Positions 59,376-64,000 of a stretch of DNA of 64,000 bases are shown one piece after another. Numbering within the stretch: the stretch's first letter is position 1; each line of letters starts with the position of its first letter. Source of the stretch: a virus; IMG/VR virus record IMGVR_UViG_3300028400_000004, positions 19,754-83,753 of that record; one strand, written 5' to 3'. The position numbers were made by a program, and so were the translations under genes. The notes below the pieces were generated by a model. It did no database searches. It was not told the origin of the DNA and saw only the letters and a list, made by a program, of their open reading frames with translations.

Positions 59376-59621
59376 CTATAAAGATTCTGTATATTTTGCT
59401 TTTGGTTTTTTGATAGATGTTTTATATTTTTTAAGTCTTTTTATTGCGTCTTTTTTACAATCAAATCGACAAAATTTGTCTATATGTTCTGGGAAGTAAA
59501 ACCAGTAATTTTCAGGCTCGTATTTAGATAAAAATATCCATCCAAAAATTGAAAACTTCCTAATATAATAGTAATCTTTTGTTTCTGCTATATGAGCACT
59601 AAATGGATTATAAATCTTCAT
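59376..59621 (-). CDS. Hypothetical protein (paralog family A)
   Basis: MKIYNPF..HI.E..YIRK. Confidence 0.65.
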   Translation of the reverse strand: MKIYNPFSAHIAETKDYYYIRKFSIFGWIFLSKYEPENYWFYFPEHIDKFCRFDCKKDAIKRLKKYKTSIKKPKAKYTESL

Positions 59622-59838
59622 AAAGATCACTCCGATCTTCTTTGCTATTAAAATGCACGAAAACTGTAATTATTGATAAAGAAATTCCTATCCAAAGGTG
59701 GGTATAAAATGATATGTTAAAACCTATTTCATAGCTTTTCGGAATATAAAGGTATCCAATCGCCAAGCGTTCTTTACGATCCTTGTCAATAAAGACAAGT
59801 TCTTTATATTCATGTTTTTTGTTCGTAATGATCTTCAT
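59608..59838 (-). CDS. Hypothetical protein
   Basis: Start moved to ATG 59838 to avoid overlap with tRNA-Lys. Confidence 0.5.
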   Translation of the reverse strand: MKIITNKKHEYKELVFIDKDRKERLAIGYLYIPKSYEIGFNISFYTHLWIGISLSIITVFVHFNSKEDRSDLYEDL

Positions 59839-59854
59839 AATATTGTAATTTAAT

Positions 59855-59930
59855 TGGTGCCTCCAGAAGGACTTGAACCTTCGACCCACCGGTTAAAAGC
59901 CGGTTGCTCTACCAACTGAGCTATGGAGGC
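59855..59930 (-). tRNA. tRNA-Lys(UUU)
   Basis: Anticodon arm ACCGG-CTTTTAA-CCGGT; CCA. Confidence 0.95.
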
Positions 59931-59938
59931 ATTTCATG

Positions 59939-60256
59939 TCAAACTTCGTCTGCGAATGTAACAATAAAGTTATCTTTTGTCAATCGTAAAATTTGAACAG
60001 CGTCCTTATAATTAGTAAATAAAATGGGGTTATATGGATATAGACTCCATTCATACATACGAAATTTATCACATAAGTATAAATAACACGAGTGCTTTTC
60101 GCTATATTTTCTAATAAAGTATTTTTCTTTTGTGGTTATACAAATATGAGGTTCAGTTTCTTTATTATATGTATTATTAAGTTTAAAAATATTTTTTAGT
60201 TTCTCTAAAATAGAAAAGGAATGGTATTCAAATTCTTTTGGAAGATCATAAGACAT
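59939..60256 (-). CDS. Hypothetical protein (distant family A)
   Basis: PHIC..YFIRKYS..YL..W motif. Confidence 0.6.
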   Translation of the reverse strand: MSYDLPKEFEYHSFSILEKLKNIFKLNNTYNKETEPHICITTKEKYFIRKYSEKHSCYLYLCDKFRMYEWSLYPYNPILFTNYKDAVQILRLTKDNFIVTFADEV

Positions 60257-60257
60257 T

Positions 60258-60614
60258 TTAAAATCCTTTGCACACTAACTGAGTAACCGCAAAGATTTGT
60301 CCATCTTCATTTCGTTTAGCAGAAGGACCTGTGTCGGGCGCAAATACATCTTCCCTATGGTCGTGCATATTGTCTAGTACCATCGAAGACACAAGATAAA
60401 TTGTATTTGGTTTTGGTTCCGGTAGGTTTTTGATTTTTGTTGGTGTTCTTGTGATTACAGGAACCTTTTGATCGGCAATATCAATAGGTGGACATTCTTT
60501 TTCAAGCATTTCAACCCTAGCGACCTTTCCACTAGGTGGAACAGGTAAAATATTTCCATCAACCAAAATGTTTATTTGGTGTGGCGTTAGATTGATAACT
60601 TTAGTGATTTTCAT
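60258..60614 (-). CDS. Hypothetical phage protein
   Basis: INLTPH..PPSG.VARV..LPEP..YLVS..DVFAPD; GAGG SD. Confidence 0.75.
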   Translation of the reverse strand: MKITKVINLTPHQINILVDGNILPVPPSGKVARVEMLEKECPPIDIADQKVPVITRTPTKIKNLPEPKPNTIYLVSSMVLDNMHDHREDVFAPDTGPSAKRNEDGQIFAVTQLVCKGF

Positions 60615-60638
60615 AATGAATTTCCTCTATAAATGAAT

Positions 60639-60725
60639 TGGTAGGGGAGGCGGGACTCGAACCCGCAAGGCTTATTTGCCGGAGAATTTTGAGTTCTCTG
60701 TGTTTGCCGATTTCACCACTCCCCC
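60639..60725 (-). tRNA. tRNA-Leu(CAA)
   Basis: Anticodon arm GAGAA-CTCAAAA-TTCTC; long variable arm; A73 + CCA. Confidence 0.93.
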
Positions 60726-60749
60726 GCTTGTTCAATAATTACTACTTAA

Positions 60750-61055
60750 TCAAACCCAAAAACATCCTTCTTTATAATCTATATATTCCCCTAATCCTTT
60801 GTCCACATATTCCCATCCATATTCATTCCCTTCTTCATCTTTTAATCCTAAGAAGATCATAGGACCACTAGACCAAGGACAATACTGTTCAAATTCTCTA
60901 TAATATTTATTTGTTTTAGGATCATAAAATAGAAAAATATCAATAATATGTTCTCCGAACATCCCAAAGATTTCTTCAATTTTTTCCCTTTTTTCACAGT
61001 TTTTAAGGATATTCAAAGACTTATCACAATGGCCAATATATTGCGTCGTTCGCAT
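60750..61055 (-). CDS. Hypothetical protein
   Basis: GGAGG SD; PWSSGPMIFLGL. Confidence 0.6.
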   Translation of the reverse strand: MRTTQYIGHCDKSLNILKNCEKREKIEEIFGMFGEHIIDIFLFYDPKTNKYYREFEQYCPWSSGPMIFLGLKDEEGNEYGWEYVDKGLGEYIDYKEGCFWV

Positions 61056-61056
61056 C

Positions 61057-61503
61057 TTAACATTCCTCCGCCTTATAGAAAATATGATTGTCAATACGTT
61101 TTATTTTTGTAAATTTTCTCGACCAATAAGGTTTAACATAATCCGCATGGTAAAAACAAGCACCTGGAACAATATTAGTGTTCTCTTTGTTCTTATACAG
61201 TTCGTAGTACATTCTAGCAACTTTTTGGGCCTCTGTCCAGGCTTTTTTGTTAAGTTCGTATGATTTGAATAAACTATCGTTAGTCCAAGAAAATTGTTTA
61301 TTACTAAAAATTACTTCACAATAACTCTTTCCCCACTTTTCCTTATATACTCGCCTTGTGGTTACTTCTGCGACTGCTAGTTTTCCAATATAAGGTTCTC
61401 CCCTGGCCTCGAAATAGATATTCAAGGCTAGGCAGTATTCATCCAAAGTTAAGGTATAGTTAGGATGAAAATACAAAAGCAAAACGGCGATTTTCATAAA
61501 CAT
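61057..61503 (-). CDS. Cell wall hydrolase, SleB/Hydrolase_2 family
   Basis: CLALNIYFEARGE, QFSW, FYHA..V.PYW and IDNHIFY motifs. Confidence 0.9.
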   Translation of the reverse strand: MFMKIAVLLLYFHPNYTLTLDEYCLALNIYFEARGEPYIGKLAVAEVTTRRVYKEKWGKSYCEVIFSNKQFSWTNDSLFKSYELNKKAWTEAQKVARMYYELYKNKENTNIVPGACFYHADYVKPYWSRKFTKIKRIDNHIFYKAEEC

Positions 61504-61743
61504 CAAAATAATTCCTCCCGAAGATAACAATTTTTATAGGTTATTTTTATTTTATTTATTATAATGATTGGTTCGTATTTATTATTATAATATTTACAAT
61601 TCCATTTGATTTTGCATTTATCATTCATGCAAACCTTATTCATTATGTTATCTCCCTGTACATAATGTTTGTACCTTTTGATTTGGATTATACAATGATT
61701 CCTACGCCAATACAATCAAAGTTTTTGATGGTTTGCATAGGTA

Positions 61744-62220
61744 ATGCTTATGTTTGAAAAGAAATATAAAAAGGAAGTAAAACAAAAAAAGTCTGATTTT
61801 CAAGAACAATATGAGAAAAACGCTAGGGAAATGCTTTATAACCCTAGTAAATTAAAGGAAATTATTGATGAAACTACACAAGAAGTAGAAGCAATAAAGG
61901 AAATGGAAAAACGTAATCAATCAGTTAGTCGCTATGTAAAAAAGGCTTATGATAATATTATAGAAGATTTAGGTGGAGAAAGCAATGTATCGTTTATAGA
62001 GTCAGAATTGGCAAGGCGCATGGCAAATTTATCATTAGTCGCTAATAATATGGAGACAATGATGGTTTATGATTATGAAAATTTTGATTTTGATAGGTAT
62101 ATTGTTTTGGTAAGAACACAAACCGTGTTAAGCAAAACCATAGGTGTGAGAAAAAGAAAACGTGATGAAAAAGAAATATCACTAGAGGATTATATTAGTC
62201 AGCTTGCAAATGATGATTAA
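61744..62220 (+). CDS. Putative terminase small subunit
   Basis: Helical, DLGG...S..E..L.RR segment; lone + strand gene with its own terminator; function is an inference. Confidence 0.45.
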   Translation: MLMFEKKYKKEVKQKKSDFQEQYEKNAREMLYNPSKLKEIIDETTQEVEAIKEMEKRNQSVSRYVKKAYDNIIEDLGGESNVSFIESELARRMANLSLVANNMETMMVYDYENFDFDRYIVLVRTQTVLSKTIGVRKRKRDEKEISLEDYISQLANDD

Positions 62221-62248
62221 AAAAGGGCCGGTATATCCGGCCCTTTTT
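62219..62248. terminator. Bidirectional terminator
   Basis: A-run, GGGCCGG-TATAT-CCGGCCC, T-run between convergent genes. Confidence 0.9.
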
Positions 62249-62249
62249 A

Positions 62250-62696
62250 TTATTCCAACGTATCTTTTTGTTGCACTTTTTCAATCAATAAATCTAAAGG
62301 CAGTTCAGGTTTTCTTAATTCTTTATAAATTGTTTTTAAAATGGCATATCCATTTTCTTTTTTTAGTAATTTTTTAACTTCTAGCAATAGTACATATGTA
62401 TCTTGGCCAATATTTATTAACTCTTTTTTGTTCTGATTAAACAACAACAAGTTAGCGCAATCATATACTATCATTGCATGATTGATAGTTTTTTGCATTA
62501 ACTCATCATTAGTTTTTAATATTTCTGTAAATAGAATAGCATCGTAATCCTCTAATGCTTTTTCAAAAGCCCAGGATGGAATTTTAATTGCAATAAAATA
62601 CTCTCCATGCTTGTATGAATAAGTTAAAGTTAAATAGGTGGCATTTAATAAATTACTAATGATTCTGGCCTTTAACTCCGGTCTATGTTTTACCAT
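62250..62696 (-). CDS. Hypothetical protein
   Basis: GGAG SD; 148 aa. Confidence 0.6.
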   Translation of the reverse strand: MVKHRPELKARIISNLLNATYLTLTYSYKHGEYFIAIKIPSWAFEKALEDYDAILFTEILKTNDELMQKTINHAMIVYDCANLLLFNQNKKELINIGQDTYVLLLEVKKLLKKENGYAILKTIYKELRKPELPLDLLIEKVQQKDTLE

Positions 62697-62716
62697 TGGT
62701 TATACTCCTATATTAG

Positions 62717-62926
62717 TTAATCCTTTTCTTCTCTTTTTATGTTAAATAAACCGATGATTGCTCCAATAATAAAAGAAGTAATGATTAGTAAAACTGGATC
62801 ATTCCAAATGGTCGAAAGGATACCCATACCGTAAGACGACATGAAAGCAAACAAAGCGGCTGCACCAATAATCCCAAGCATAATATAAAAAATTAATAAA
62901 AATATAGCTTTGATAAATTCAAACAT
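62717..62926 (-). CDS. Small two-TM membrane protein
   Basis: Hydrophobic; GAGG SD. Confidence 0.6.
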   Translation of the reverse strand: MFEFIKAIFLLIFYIMLGIIGAAALFAFMSSYGMGILSTIWNDPVLLIITSFIIGAIIGLFNIKREEKD

Positions 62927-63108
62927 GGTTTGTTTCCTCTTTGTATAAATTAAAAATTGATTTCATATTTACAATAAACGCTGTTCCACACGCTATTGTA
63001 TTCATTAAATCCCCCATTCCGATGAACATAAAAAATCCTAGTCCAGTTAAAATTGCTATATAAATATATGCTAATAGTGTGATTACTGCCATACTTTAGT
63101 CCCATAAG

Positions 63109-63144
63109 AAAAAATGCCGCCATGATTAACATCATGGCGGCATT
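63109..63144 (-). terminator. Intrinsic terminator
   Basis: AATGCCGCCATGAT/ATCATGGCGGCATT stem plus U tract on the minus strand. Confidence 0.8.
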
Positions 63145-63150
63145 ATGTTA

Positions 63151-63570
63151 TTAAGCCGCAATGGCGGGTTCCACTTTCTTTTGCGCCTTTCTCTTCGGCT
63201 TGTTTTCCGGCTTCAGGTTTTTGGTTTCGGCGATCGAAGGCCGGGGCCGGTTTTTGGAACCCTTGGGACGTCCGCGCTTTGCCTCAACGGTTGGGTACAG
63301 GGCATTGACCTTGTAACGGGTCTTGTTGGGACCCTCAATAGTCATCAATTCCCAACCGTTTTTCTTGAGTTTGGACATGATGATTCGGACATACTGTTCA
63401 ATGTCCTTGGCAGTAGCGCCAGCACGTCGTGCAGCTGCGGTAGCTTCCTTCATGGTGCAGCCGCGTTCCCGCATAAGGCACTTCCAAATAGCATGCGCGA
63501 CTGAACCCTTGGTCGGCACCTTGGAAACGGGACCGATTGCCTTGTCATCGACTTTTACCAGGATATTCAT
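63151..63570 (-). CDS. Basic DNA-binding protein with an AT-hook
   Basis: KRGRPKGSKN; Lys/Arg-rich; GAGGAG SD; own promoter and terminator. Confidence 0.75.
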   Translation of the reverse strand: MNILVKVDDKAIGPVSKVPTKGSVAHAIWKCLMRERGCTMKEATAAARRAGATAKDIEQYVRIIMSKLKKNGWELMTIEGPNKTRYKVNALYPTVEAKRGRPKGSKNRPRPSIAETKNLKPENKPKRKAQKKVEPAIAA

Positions 63571-63624
63571 TTTACTACTCCTCTTGTGGTTGATAATGGA
63601 TTATTCCCAACAGGGAATGGTGAT

Positions 63625-63653
63625 AGTATATAAAACCCTGCACCCGATGTCAA
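63625..63653 (-). promoter_or_regulatory. Strong sigma70-type promoter
   Basis: TTGACA-17 bp-TATACT with an upstream A/T tract. Confidence 0.85.
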
Positions 63654-63763
63654 TAGTTTTTTCTAAAAAATTTTTATTTACAATACAATAACTTACAAAC
63701 TTGTTCCATTCTAGCTTTGGTTTTTATATAATAAGACGATGGGTAAATACAAGGAAGCATGAA

Positions 63764-64000
63764 ATGGATTCGTATATTATAAAAGCTGTTTATTTGGCTA
63801 GTCAATCCCCTTATCGGCATAAGATCGGCGCCGTAATAACTGACAAAAAGGGTAAAGTAATATCAACAGGTGTAAATATAAGAAAGACTCATCCTAAACA
63901 ATTTTTGTATGCACAAAAAACAGGGAATGAAAAAAAGATATATCTACATGCTGAAGTTTCTGCCTTAGTCAAATGCCGAAAAACCCCACATTCTATATTT
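63764..64000 (+). CDS. Cytidine/dCMP deaminase-family protein (partial, runs off the window)
   Basis: MDSYIIKAVYLASQSPYRHKIGAVI..STGVN..LHAEVSAL; AAGGA SD. Confidence 0.8.
   Translation, partial: MDSYIIKAVYLASQSPYRHKIGAVITDKKGKVISTGVNIRKTHPKQFLYAQKTGNEKKIYLHAEVSALVKCRKTPHSIF

Noticed and set aside
60638-60862. 74-aa + strand ORF
   Set aside because: Antisense to tRNA-Leu (MVGEAGLEPA is the typical tRNA shadow)
62950-63135. 61-aa minus-strand ORF
   Set aside because: Starts inside the terminator hairpin with no SD; not supported as called
1-64000. Stop-codon reassignment or prophage integration module
   Set aside because: Long genes are intact in the standard code, there is no suppressor tRNA, and no integrase or att site was seen

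Overview
A 64-kb segment of an AT-rich, long-tailed (siphovirus-like) dsDNA phage genome. Two-component spanins point to a Gram-negative host, and the Fur box and the TraR- and CsrA-like genes suggest a proteobacterium. Layout: (i) 1-17374 (+) HK97-fold capsid, neck, tail tube, frameshifting chaperone, tape measure and a 2283-aa tail-tip protein carrying a high-GC in-frame cassette. (ii) 17405-28477, mostly (-): small accessory genes, lysis genes and a second structural module. (iii) 28480-30320: a 1.8-kb non-coding control region with a Fur-box-like palindrome, an array of covarying hairpins paired with ACAAGGAGA boxes, a T-rich tract and a promoter-driven GC-rich structured RNA. (iv) 30322-53904 (+): sigma factor, nucleotide metabolism (nrdBA, thyX), a full replication/recombination set and the large terminase. 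(v) 53961-64000, mostly (-): AAA/vWA pair, five tRNAs, small genes and an AT-hook protein. The most notable observations are a group I (IC3-like) intron in tRNA-Ile2(CAU), two related tRNA-like ncRNAs 40 kb apart that share a terminal stem, an apparently intact RuvC-less TnpB derivative inside the replication operon, and an expanded CsrA-like protein together with a GGA-motif/hairpin array. All protein calls come from motif recognition by eye; no database searches were run.
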